From Minisyncoccia bacterium (GTDB lineage: Bacteria; Patescibacteriota; Minisyncoccia; Phycocordibacterales; PALSA-1337): a DNA stretch of 64,000 nucleotides. The stretch is taken from positions 101,067 through 165,066 of the forward strand of contig JBEKVT010000001.1 in NCBI GenBank assembly GCA_049997795.1. Direction: 5' to 3'. A model generated the notes under the pieces. It did not search any database and had not been told where the DNA came from. It worked only from the letters and a program-made list of their open reading frames with translations. Positions 1 to 8,579 of this stretch are shown here, piece after piece (the first letter of the stretch is position 1; every line of letters begins with the position of its first letter). The position numbers and the translations under genes were made by a program.

Positions 1-1028
1 TTCCTCGGCCAAGAAGGCCGGGGTCTCCAGTTTTCCGAAGGGGTCGGCGTACACGACATCGGTCTGGAAGCTGACCTTGGCCAGATCGGTGAAGCCCTTC
101 AGAAGGACGCCGCCGCCGGTCAAGATGACCTTGCCGACATTCTTCTGGTATTTCTTCTGATAGTTGAGCAGAGCGGCGTTGGCTTCATAGAAGATGTAAT
201 CGAGGTTGACGGTGATGATCTCGGTCAGCTCCTTGTATTCCGGACCGCCCTTCAGGCCTTTGGAGCGCTTCATGGTCTCGGCGTCGATGACCGGCACGGA
301 CAGAGCCTTGGACAAGGCCAGGGTGATGTCCTGGCTTCCTTTGTTCACGATGTGCGAGGCGCGCAAGATGCCTCGCTCGACGACATAGAGCTTGGTGGCC
401 CTGGCGCCCATATCTATGATCATGACCGTGGAGACGCCCTGATCGGCCACTGCCCGGATGGAGCTGAAGATCTCGATCTCGTAGAAGCTCGGCTGGAGGC
501 CGCTCGAGGACATGATCGACTGGTATTCATTCAGGTATTCGTTGTGGATGGCCACCACCAGGACGTCGCGCCGCTCCGGCTCGGTCTTGGCTGTTTCATT
601 CTCGCCGACGTACGTATCCTCTTTGGGGATTATCGAATAATCCAAGAAGACTTCGTTCAGAGGGACGGGGATATACTTGCGGGCTTCGATGGTCACCACG
701 TCACCGACCTGTTTGTCGGGCACGGGAGGTATGGAGATGAAAGTTATGAGGCTCGACGAGAGCGGCAGGGCAGCGCCGCAGGAGACGGTGGTCGTCTTGG
801 ACTCGCGCAGGAGATCCTTGACGGCCTCGATCATCTTGGCGGCCGGCAGGCTGACGGCCCGGCCGACCTCGGTAGCCGCGTAGGGGCCGAGAGCCAGCTC
901 GCCGTAGGTCTCGAGGACCGCCCGGCCGCGCTTCTTCCTGATCTGCACGACCTTGACGGCCGAGGAGCCGATGTCTATGCCGAGGACGCTGGTCTCCTTT
1001 TGGAAGATTGGGGAGAAGAAAGACGCCA
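1..1028 (-). CDS. pilM: Type IV pilus assembly protein PilM (actin/FtsA-like ATPase fold); partial, C-terminus lies beyond the window start
   Basis: Manual reverse-complement translation from ATG at 1028..1026 gives MASFFSPIFQKETSVLGIDIGSSAVKVVQIRKK..., an open frame to position 1. GIDIGSS and later GGG motifs are typical of PilM/FtsA. This gene is not in the ORF track because it runs off the window edge. Confidence 0.7.
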
Positions 1029-1081
1029 TTATCGCACAGTATAGCAGATTCCTGGCCGGAAAATCCTGTATACTGTGCCGA

Positions 1082-1858
1082 ATGCCTCCGATCCGTGCCT
1101 TGTACAACACGATCCTCGACGCTCTTTTCCCCGTCCCGAAAGCCGAGGAAGAGCTGTCATCTCTCACGCCCGAAACGGCCTTCGAGGTCCTGCCGCGCGC
1201 CCCGGCATACACGGGGCTTGCCGTTTCTTTGCCGGAAGCGCGCTCGATATTCGCCTATAAGGACGAGCGGGTCTCGAAGCTCGTCTGGAGCCTGAAATAC
1301 AAGAGATCGGCCCGCGCAGCCGCTCTGGGCGGGTACGCGCTTTGGCGAGAATTATGCGCGGGGGCGGGAGTGATGTGTGTTCCGGTGAAAATTCACTTAC
1401 CAACCGGCCAGACCGGACCGATAAATCACTCTGCTTCGTCCTTTGAATTTTCACCGGAACACACATCACTCCCGCTCCATGCCATCATCATATCCATGCC
1501 GATCACGCCGCGCCGACGGCGGGAGCGCGGCTTCAATCAGTGTGAGCTTCTGGTCGACGAGATAGAGCGCCTCGATAAGGACGGGCGATTCGCCATCGAA
1601 AAGAACCTGCTCATGCGCGTCCGTCACGCCTCGCGCCAGACGCTGAAGGGCCGGACCGACCGCCTGTCCAGCGCCAAGGGAGTATTCGCAGTGAATGGAG
1701 AGGCGGCCGCGAGATTAAGGAGCTCGCCGCGATTCGAAGAGATGTCGATTGTCGTCATCGACGATGTCATCACCACGGGCAGCACAATGCGGGAAGCCTT
1801 GGATGCCTTGAAAAAGGCCGGCTTCGCAAAAATATCCGGCCTGTCGCTGGCGCACTAG
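1082..1858 (+). CDS. comFC: ComF family protein (phosphoribosyltransferase domain, competence)
   Basis: C-terminal PRTase motifs (RGFNQCELL, IVVIDDVITTGSTMREAL) are present. The upstream in-frame start at 953 would overlap the divergent pilM start. Start 1082 (MPPIRAL) sits 8 nt after a TATACT -10. The start is uncertain. Confidence 0.6.
   Translation: MPPIRALYNTILDALFPVPKAEEELSSLTPETAFEVLPRAPAYTGLAVSLPEARSIFAYKDERVSKLVWSLKYKRSARAAALGGYALWRELCAGAGVMCVPVKIHLPTGQTGPINHSASSFEFSPEHTSLPLHAIIISMPITPRRRRERGFNQCELLVDEIERLDKDGRFAIEKNLLMRVRHASRQTLKGRTDRLSSAKGVFAVNGEAAARLRSSPRFEEMSIVVIDDVITTGSTMREALDALKKAGFAKISGLSLAH
1364..1475. repeat. 32-bp perfect inverted repeat (gcgggagtgatgtgtgttccggtgaaaattca ... 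tgaattttcaccggaacacacatcactcccgc) with a 48-nt loop, embedded in-frame inside the comF coding sequence
   Basis: Read directly from the sequence. The arms are 1364-1395 and 1444-1475. The comF reading frame continues through it. Confidence 0.7.
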
Positions 1859-1870
1859 ATTTAACACTGT

Positions 1871-3073
1871 CTAAACTTTAATCCTGACGAACCGCCGTTT
1901 CCCTATCTTTAGCACGACGGTACCAGCCGGCTTCCAGTTCGGGTCGGTGATCTTCTCATCTTTCTCCGTCTTGACAGCTCCGTCATCGATCAGTCGCCGC
2001 CACTCGGTCTTCGACGGCACGACGCCGGCCCTGATGAGCGCGTCTGCGAGCGACGCGCCTTCTTTGACTGATATTTCTAGAGCGTCATCCGGCACGCCGC
2101 CTTTGGCGAAGGTCTTCTCGAACGCCTCTTCAGCCGTCTCGGCCGCCGCTTTCCCGTGGAATCTTCCGACGATGTCGGAAGCCACGCGCGCCTTGGCCAG
2201 GCGCGGGCCCAGAGCCATGAGAGCGTCTTTCTCGCCCATGGGGATGCGCGTGCAATTCAGGAACAAAGGCTCGATCATCGGGTCGGGCAGAGCCATGAGC
2301 GCGCCGAAAAGCTCGTTCGGGCCCTGGTCGATGAAGACGCCGGTGCCATTCGACTTGGACATGAGCTCGCCGGTCTTCGGGTTGGCGAGGAGGTTCAGGG
2401 CGATGACGAATTTATCCTTGTTCTTCAGGCGTTTGAGGAGGGTCCGGCCGGCCAGGGCGTTGAAGATCTGATCGGTGCCACAAAGCTCGGCGTCCACGTC
2501 CATGGCCACGCTGTCATAGCCCTGCATCAGAGGATACAGAAACTCATGGAGATATATGGGGATTCCCTCTTTAAACCGTTTCTCGAACATATCTCTCTCT
2601 ATCAGTTGCTGAACGGTAAAATTCTGCGCGAGTGCAGCCACTTCTTGCATGGTAAGTTTCGACAGCCATTCAGAATTATGCTTTATCCCTGTTGGATTAT
2701 CCTTGTCTTCGAGATCGATCACCGGCTCGATTTGCCTTAACCAGTCTGATTCATTCCTTTTAACCTCACGACTGGTCAATTGGGTCCGGGCCGCTGTTTT
2801 GCTGCTCGGATCGCCGATCATGGCGGTGAAGTCGCCGAAGAGCACTATGACCTCATGGCCGAGCTGCCGCAACTCTTCCAGGAACATCAGGTTCTTGGCA
2901 TGGCCGAGGTGGAGGGCCGGCGAAGTGGGATCGAGGCCTATGTAGATCTTGAGGCGTTTGCCGCTCTCGAGCGCCTTCAAAAGCTCTTCCTTGGAAGGAA
3001 AAGCTTCGACCACGGTGCCGCGGGCAAAGACTTCCTCAAGCCGCCTTCGGTCCGTTATGGTTGGCGTTCTCAT
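1871..3073 (-). CDS. tyrS: Tyrosyl-tRNA synthetase
   Basis: HLGH motif, KMSKS-like ELMSKS, a class I Rossmann layout and a C-terminal S4-like domain; 400 aa. Confidence 0.85.
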   Translation of the reverse strand: MRTPTITDRRRLEEVFARGTVVEAFPSKEELLKALESGKRLKIYIGLDPTSPALHLGHAKNLMFLEELRQLGHEVIVLFGDFTAMIGDPSSKTAARTQLTSREVKRNESDWLRQIEPVIDLEDKDNPTGIKHNSEWLSKLTMQEVAALAQNFTVQQLIERDMFEKRFKEGIPIYLHEFLYPLMQGYDSVAMDVDAELCGTDQIFNALAGRTLLKRLKNKDKFVIALNLLANPKTGELMSKSNGTGVFIDQGPNELFGALMALPDPMIEPLFLNCTRIPMGEKDALMALGPRLAKARVASDIVGRFHGKAAAETAEEAFEKTFAKGGVPDDALEISVKEGASLADALIRAGVVPSKTEWRRLIDDGAVKTEKDEKITDPNWKPAGTVVLKIGKRRFVRIKV

Positions 3074-3350
3074 TGCCGCTCATCTTACCGCCTGTGAGGC
3101 CCTTGTGCCACTTCTTGACGAAGAAGACGATGTAGACCAGCTCTAGGATGCCGGCGGTGTTGATGATGAGCATGATCACGAACCACCATTTCTCGTCGCG
3201 CTTGGCCGCGTACCAGAGAGCATAGCCTTTCAAGGCGATCATCACGACCACCATGACGGTAATCAGGATAAAGGAAAGGACGCCCATAGCGCCGAGGCCC
3301 ACGAAAGCGGTCGGACCCCACCACGAATAGCTGCTCCATGAATGCATCAT
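3036..3350 (-). CDS. Small integral membrane protein (3 predicted TM helices), hypothetical
   Basis: Hydrophobic 104-aa ORF. Its 3' end overlaps the tyrS start by 38 nt. Confidence 0.4.
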   Translation of the reverse strand: MMHSWSSYSWWGPTAFVGLGAMGVLSFILITVMVVVMIALKGYALWYAAKRDEKWWFVIMLIINTAGILELVYIVFFVKKWHKGLTGGKMSGNENANHNGPKAA

Positions 3351-3417
3351 GATAGTAAGGGGATTAAATCTGGTACGGACGCATTATAGCACGTCAATGC
3401 GTCTCGTCGAACGCGGT

Positions 3418-3675
3418 TCAGGCTTTGGAAACCCCATCTCCTTCCCGGACCGGCTGGGAGACTTTGACGCCTATGACTTCGCCCTTCTTGGCTGACTCTA
3501 TGTTCGCATGCTCCACTTGCATGGAAGAGACGGCTTCCTTGAAGTCGGTGGTCTTGCCCTTGAAGTGGAGCTCATCGCCCGCCGAGACGGCCGCGGAGAG
3601 CTCGACGATGGCTACGCCGATCTTCGGGTAATAATGCGTCACCTTTCCGACGATCTTTTCTACTTCTTTGGCCAT
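3418..3675 (-). CDS. Hypothetical small protein (beta-barrel, EF-Tu domain-2-like)
   Basis: 85-aa ORF, MAKEVEKIVGKVTHYYPKIGVAIVEL... Confidence 0.4.
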   Translation of the reverse strand: MAKEVEKIVGKVTHYYPKIGVAIVELSAAVSAGDELHFKGKTTDFKEAVSSMQVEHANIESAKKGEVIGVKVSQPVREGDGVSKA

Positions 3676-3867
3676 ATTTTGAGCTTTATTCGGCTGATAA
3701 TGGAGACATTATAGCACCAACGGATCATTAATGCCTGTAGATGGATTTTAACGAAAATTCATCGGATTTTGAACCTTTTTTGAACGTTTCTTCATCCCCC
3801 TAGGCGTATGATGGCAGAGGCCGCATTCGAGGCGGCATTTTTATTATGAGGTCGTCTCATAGCTAAT

Positions 3868-4971
3868 ATGCATATATTAAGAGCCGCATTCGCGATCGTC
3901 TTGGGGGTGATGCCCGTTCAGGCCGCCGCTATCAAAACCGGCACGATCGACGCTTTCGAAGCCAGGCCGCCTATTCACGCCCTGGCCGGAACCATGACTG
4001 CTCCTCTCGGGCTCACGCCGAGCGAGGTCCGCGCTGCGTATCATCTGCCCGCCTCCGGCGGCTCCGGGACCGTCGCCATCATCTCGGCCTTCCATCACCC
4101 GTCGCTTGAAAGCGATCTCTCGGCGTTCGGCGCCGAATTCATGCTTCCCGGCTGCACGCAGGCGGATGGCTGCCTGGAAATCCATCGGATGGCGTCCGGC
4201 ACGAAAGAGAACGCCGGCTGGGCCCTCGAGTCGGCGCTCGACACCGAGTGGGCGCATGCCATCGCTCCGTCGGCCAAACTGCTCGTGGTCGAGGCGGGGA
4301 GCGCCAAGGGAGGAGACCTGATGAAGGCCGTCGATTACGCCCGCGGCCGGCCGGACGTCGTGGCGGTCTCGATGAGCTGGGGCGGCGATGAATTCTCCGG
4401 AGAGACGAAGTTAGACGGACATTTCAGGGCGGCGAATTCTTCGCCGAACCGTCCCATGGCATTCTTCGCTTCTTCCGGAGATGACGGGGCTGGGGCGAGC
4501 TGGCCGGCGGTCTCGCTGAATGTCGTCGCCGTCGGCGGCACGACGCTCGACATATCTAAGAAGCCGGTCTCGGAAAGGGCCTGGGCGGGGAGCGGCGGCG
4601 GAGTGAGCGCGTACGAGAGCGAGCCTCCGTACCAGAGGGGATATTCAATCCCCCGATCCACGGGCAAGCGGGCTATCCCCGACGTGGCTTACGCGGCTGA
4701 CCCGGATCATGGTTTTTCCGTGTATCACGCCAAGAGGTGGTACGTGGTCGGCGGCACTTCGGCCGGGGCGCCGCAATGGGCGGCCATCGAGGCCCTCGGC
4801 AGGAGCGTCACGCCGGAGAGGCTCTACGCCGATAAGGCCGGCCCGGCGCCGGGCGATTATTTCCGGGATATCAAGAGCGGCTCGAACGGCGCTTGCGCCT
4901 ATTATTGCGAGGCCCGGGCGCGATACGACTACGTGACCGGCCTGGGTTCGCCAGTGACCTACAGGTTCTAG
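3868..4971 (+). CDS. Secreted S8/S53 (sedolisin-like) family serine peptidase
   Basis: N-terminal signal peptide. GGTSAGAP matches the sedolisin SGTSxxAP motif, and SMSWGG is also present. Confidence 0.6.
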   Translation: MHILRAAFAIVLGVMPVQAAAIKTGTIDAFEARPPIHALAGTMTAPLGLTPSEVRAAYHLPASGGSGTVAIISAFHHPSLESDLSAFGAEFMLPGCTQADGCLEIHRMASGTKENAGWALESALDTEWAHAIAPSAKLLVVEAGSAKGGDLMKAVDYARGRPDVVAVSMSWGGDEFSGETKLDGHFRAANSSPNRPMAFFASSGDDGAGASWPAVSLNVVAVGGTTLDISKKPVSERAWAGSGGGVSAYESEPPYQRGYSIPRSTGKRAIPDVAYAADPDHGFSVYHAKRWYVVGGTSAGAPQWAAIEALGRSVTPERLYADKAGPAPGDYFRDIKSGSNGACAYYCEARARYDYVTGLGSPVTYRF

Positions 4972-5480
4972 GGTGATCGCCGCTTGCGGACGAGGGGGCT
5001 CAGGGCGCAGGCGGTCAGGGCGGCGCCGAGGATGGAGAACGTCATGTCGCCCATGGTGTCGCTATCGGTCGGCTGGTCCAAGCGATTCGGGACAGTCATG
5101 TTCTCATGCAGGATCTTCATCCTGAATTGGTCGTGGCAGAATTCGCCGAATTCCCAGGACACCGCGATCATGGCGACGAGGGAGACGATGATGAGGAAGT
5201 TCTTCCAGAAGCGCTCATGGAACAAGTCGATCGCGGGGAATCTTCTCATGAGCCAGACGATGAGGGAAGCGTCCATGACGCCGCTCACGAAATGGAGGGC
5301 GGCGTCATAGCCGAAGAATCCGATATTGCATCCGAGGATGGCGTAGCATCTGTCATTGGCGATGAGGACCGGTCCCTTGACGCCCAAGAACCAGCCGACG
5401 ACGAAGACGGCGACTACAATGACGACTGCTCTGTTGAGGATGCGGTCGCTCCGGCCGGGTGATGATGGTTCCATAGACAT
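4968..5480 (-). CDS. Hypothetical membrane protein
   Basis: 170-aa ORF with several hydrophobic helices. It is convergent with the peptidase gene. Confidence 0.4.
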   Translation of the reverse strand: MSMEPSSPGRSDRILNRAVVIVVAVFVVGWFLGVKGPVLIANDRCYAILGCNIGFFGYDAALHFVSGVMDASLIVWLMRRFPAIDLFHERFWKNFLIIVSLVAMIAVSWEFGEFCHDQFRMKILHENMTVPNRLDQPTDSDTMGDMTFSILGAALTACALSPLVRKRRSP

Positions 5481-5577
5481 GGATTATATATCAGACGACG
5501 CGCCGCAATCAAAAGATCCGCGGGCTTTCCCGCGGATCTTTGAGATGTTTCTATGACTTCCCAGCCGTCGCATCGGT

Positions 5578-6417
5578 TCAAAATCCGAACAGATGCATGA
5601 AGAACTGGCCGATGCTACCGAAGAAGCCGCGCGACTGTCCTTTGCTATGGGCCGGCGTCGCGCTCGGAGGCGCATGCTGATCGACGATCGTCGTGGCGGT
5701 GACGGAAGTGCCGTTCACCGCACCTTGGATGAGCACTTTGTCGCCGACGGTGAGGCCTGAGAGGACGATCGTGCTCTGGCCCTCTAGGATCTTGGCGCTA
5801 GACGCGTCGACAGTGTAGGTCACGTTGCTTCCGGTCGTCAGGGTGAGCGATGCGCCATTTATAGCCGAGATCGTGCCGGCGATGACCGGCTGGCCGTTGC
5901 CTACGAATGGGGGCGTAGAAGTGGCGTGGCCTTGGTCGCCCTGGCCATTTTTGTCCTGACTGCCATTGTTGCCCGTGCGGCCCATGACGCTGTCGAATAT
6001 CATGGTAGCGGCCACATTCGTGCCCGTGACCGTGCCTTGAGCGAAGATCCTGTCGCCTACCAAGATGCTCGAAACGGTGCTTGTGGCGTTATTCTTCCTG
6101 ACCGTGGCATTCGTGGCATCGACGGTATAAACGACGGGAGCCGCGGTCGCCGCCGGGCCGAAGCCTTGGCGGCCGCTTACGGTGATGATGTCGCCGTTTA
6201 TGGCCGAGACCGTCCCGAAGACGCCGGGTTTCATGCCTTGGCCTGGCATCCTGCCTTGGCCACGCATCTGGCCGTTCCAGGCGCCGACATTGGGATGATT
6301 ATTATCGCCCGATTGATCGTTGGGACTGTTGGTCTGGGCGAATGTCGGGATGGCCAGAGCCATGCTCGCCATCAAGGCGAGACCTGCGCTGATAAATATG
6401 ATCTTTTTAGCGTTCAT
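5578..6417 (-). CDS. Secreted protein with two tandem internal repeat domains, hypothetical
   Basis: Signal peptide. An internal duplication (GTVSAINGDIITVSG...VYTVDATNATV...VGDRIFAQGTVTGT / GTISAINGASLTLTTG...VTYTVDASSAKI...VGDKVLIQGAVNGT) is visible in the translation. Confidence 0.5.
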   Translation of the reverse strand: MNAKKIIFISAGLALMASMALAIPTFAQTNSPNDQSGDNNHPNVGAWNGQMRGQGRMPGQGMKPGVFGTVSAINGDIITVSGRQGFGPAATAAPVVYTVDATNATVRKNNATSTVSSILVGDRIFAQGTVTGTNVAATMIFDSVMGRTGNNGSQDKNGQGDQGHATSTPPFVGNGQPVIAGTISAINGASLTLTTGSNVTYTVDASSAKILEGQSTIVLSGLTVGDKVLIQGAVNGTSVTATTIVDQHAPPSATPAHSKGQSRGFFGSIGQFFMHLFGF

Positions 6418-6581
6418 GTGGTTTTGATGGATATACTAGGTTGATAAAGGAAGGGGCTCGATTGGCCCCGCGCTGTATATACGCTTTATAAGAAAGAGGC
6501 GGTGCAGCCGCGTTCCCTATGCCACAAGATGCCGTGTCGCTCAAAGATCGATTACGCGCCGATCGCCGTCGCGGTATCCTT

Positions 6582-7181
6582 TCAGGCCGGCCTAGCGGGG
6601 TCCTCCTTCTTCAGAAAAAGCTTGAAGACCAAGAAGATCAGGGCGGCGACGAGGACTATCCAGCCGGCGAGCTCAGCGATGTCGGAAAAGTTCTCGCTGT
6701 AAACGCCCAGGACATAACCGGCCAGGAGGAAAAAGACGATATCGAGGGCGTTCCCTATCGCGTCATAGAGCACGAAGCGTCTGAACGGCACGCCAAGAAG
6801 ACCGCACAGGAAATTCACGACCACGCCAGGCGTACCTAGGAAACGCGTCACCAGGATGGTCATACGGGCGTACTTATGGACGAACCGCTCTATCTTGACC
6901 ACGGCCGAAAAGCGCTCGAGGCGGGCCCTGGTCACGATGCGCGTCCCCCAGAACCGCGTGAGCGAGTAGCCCAGGCTGTCGCCCAAGACGTTCGAGACAA
7001 GGGCGACCAGGAAGATCGTCGTCACGTTCATGTAGCCCTGGCTCGAGAAGGCGCCGGCGGCAAGAAGGAGCGTATTGGACGGCAAGGGCAGGATGAGGCC
7101 GGAAAGGAAGACGACGACGGAGATCGTCGCGTACTTGTACAGCAGGAGGTAAGACAGCAATGCGCTCAAGATGTAGTTCAT
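6582..7181 (-). CDS. DedA/SNARE-associated family membrane protein
   Basis: 199 aa with DedA-like TM topology, including the FLCGLLGVPFRRFVLYDAIG region. Confidence 0.65.
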   Translation of the reverse strand: MNYILSALLSYLLLYKYATISVVVFLSGLILPLPSNTLLLAAGAFSSQGYMNVTTIFLVALVSNVLGDSLGYSLTRFWGTRIVTRARLERFSAVVKIERFVHKYARMTILVTRFLGTPGVVVNFLCGLLGVPFRRFVLYDAIGNALDIVFFLLAGYVLGVYSENFSDIAELAGWIVLVAALIFLVFKLFLKKEDPARPA

Positions 7182-7193
7182 ATGAGCGCCTGC

Positions 7194-7598
7194 TTACCGC
7201 CCCTTGGGGACGAGATAGCTCTCCACCGCCCCGCGCACCGCCTGCGTGAAGCCGTCCGAGCTGGTAGCTATCGTCCTGGCATATCGGCCGAGCGTGAGAT
7301 TCGGATATCCGGCGGTCGAGCTCGAGATCCCGAGCGCGGTCATAAGATACAGGGCCGGCACCTTGAATGAGACGCTGACGTAATCGAAGGTCATCCACGG
7401 CTCGATGAGCCCGGCGTCCGCGGCGCCGAGCGGATGATGACTGGCGAACTCGGCGAACCGGATGCGTTCCGAGGAGACGATCCCCTGGCGCACGGCGATC
7501 CGATATTGCCGCACCAGGAAGCCGCAAAGGACGACGAGCACGACGATCAAGACGGCTACGGCGATCTGGGCATACCAGTTGGAGCGTCGGGGGGTCAT
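7194..7598 (-). CDS. Hypothetical membrane-anchored protein
   Basis: 134-aa ORF with one N-terminal TM helix, tightly packed between the DedA and tatC genes. Confidence 0.4.
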   Translation of the reverse strand: MTPRRSNWYAQIAVAVLIVVLVVLCGFLVRQYRIAVRQGIVSSERIRFAEFASHHPLGAADAGLIEPWMTFDYVSVSFKVPALYLMTALGISSSTAGYPNLTLGRYARTIATSSDGFTQAVRGAVESYLVPKGR

Positions 7599-8380
7599 GT
7601 TCGATCGGCATTAAGAGCTAATGGTTCCTGGCCGGCTGCCGCGGCGGCTTCCGCTTGGGCGGCGCGCCGGGCGGAGTAGCCTGAATTGGCCCAGATGGTC
7701 ATCTCATATATGAGGATGAGGGGCAGGGCCTCGAGGATCGTCGAGAAGATGTCCGGCGGCGGCAGGAAACCGACGAAGATGAATATTATGGCGATGGCGA
7801 AGCGGCGCTTCTTGCGCAGATATGCCGTGTCGAAGAGACCGGCCCTTATGAGGAAGGTCAGGACTATGGGGAACTGGAAGACAAGTCCGAGAAGGGCCGA
7901 CGTCAGGATCACTTGCGACAAGAAGGTGCTGATATCCCACATGTTCTTCAGGCCGAAGGCCAGATTGATGCCGGAGACGGAGTTGAGATAGAAGAACAGT
8001 ATCCCGTAGCCGTAAGCGAATCCGACCGCGAACAGGACGAGGCCGACCGGCAACAGGATGAAGAACAGCCTCTTCTCTTTTCCGGAGAGGCCGTCTTTCA
8101 GGAAATCATACATTTGATAGATGAAGAGCGGCAGACAGACGATGAGCCCGGTATACAGGCCGATCTTCGTCGCCAAGTCCAGGAATTGGAACGGCGAAGT
8201 GGTGACGATGACGGCGTTCTGCAGATCGAAGACGCCGACCGCCGTCCTCAGGATGTATCCGGCCCCGAAGAATCCGACGACGAAGAATATGAAGAAGAAG
8301 ACGGCCAGGACGTATATCCTCTTCCTGATGCTCTCGAAATATTCGGAGTAACCGGAGAATATTTGGTTGAATTTTTCCAT
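7595..8380 (-). CDS. tatC: Twin-arginine translocase subunit TatC
   Basis: Six-TM pattern and the conserved FQFPIVLTFLIRAGL region. Confidence 0.8.
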   Translation of the reverse strand: MEKFNQIFSGYSEYFESIRKRIYVLAVFFFIFFVVGFFGAGYILRTAVGVFDLQNAVIVTTSPFQFLDLATKIGLYTGLIVCLPLFIYQMYDFLKDGLSGKEKRLFFILLPVGLVLFAVGFAYGYGILFFYLNSVSGINLAFGLKNMWDISTFLSQVILTSALLGLVFQFPIVLTFLIRAGLFDTAYLRKKRRFAIAIIFIFVGFLPPPDIFSTILEALPLILIYEMTIWANSGYSARRAAQAEAAAAAGQEPLALNADRT

Positions 8381-8383
8381 AGA

Positions 8384-8473
8384 TGGCGGAGACGGTGGGA
8401 TTCGAACCCACGAGGGAGTTTCCCCCCTAACACCTTAGCACGGTGCCGCTTTCGACCGCTCAGCCACGTCTCC
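8384..8473 (-). tRNA. tRNA-Ser (anticodon GCU), 90 nt including an encoded CCA
   Basis: Manual fold: acceptor GGAGACG/CGUCUCC, anticodon loop GUGCUAA, a long variable arm and T-arm GGGUUCGAAUCCC. Confidence 0.8.
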
Positions 8474-8579
8474 GGGAATTAAAAGCGGGCGGACCAGGCC
8501 ATTCTGGCACAAAAGATCGGTTTTTACAAAAACATGGAAGTCCCCGACAGGCGGGCTCAAATCATGTAGAATTGAACCC

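Noticed and set aside
352-1044. 230-aa plus-strand ORF (Asp/Gly/Arg-rich)
   Set aside because: It is antisense to, and fully overlapped by, the well-supported pilM frame. The translation has a GC-rich shadow-ORF composition.
953-1081. comF start at 953 (MTAEEPMSMPRT...) including a CILC segment
   Set aside because: It would overlap the divergent pilM start by ~75 nt and precede the TATACT -10 element. There is only a single CxxC, with no second pair. Start 1082 is preferred but not certain.
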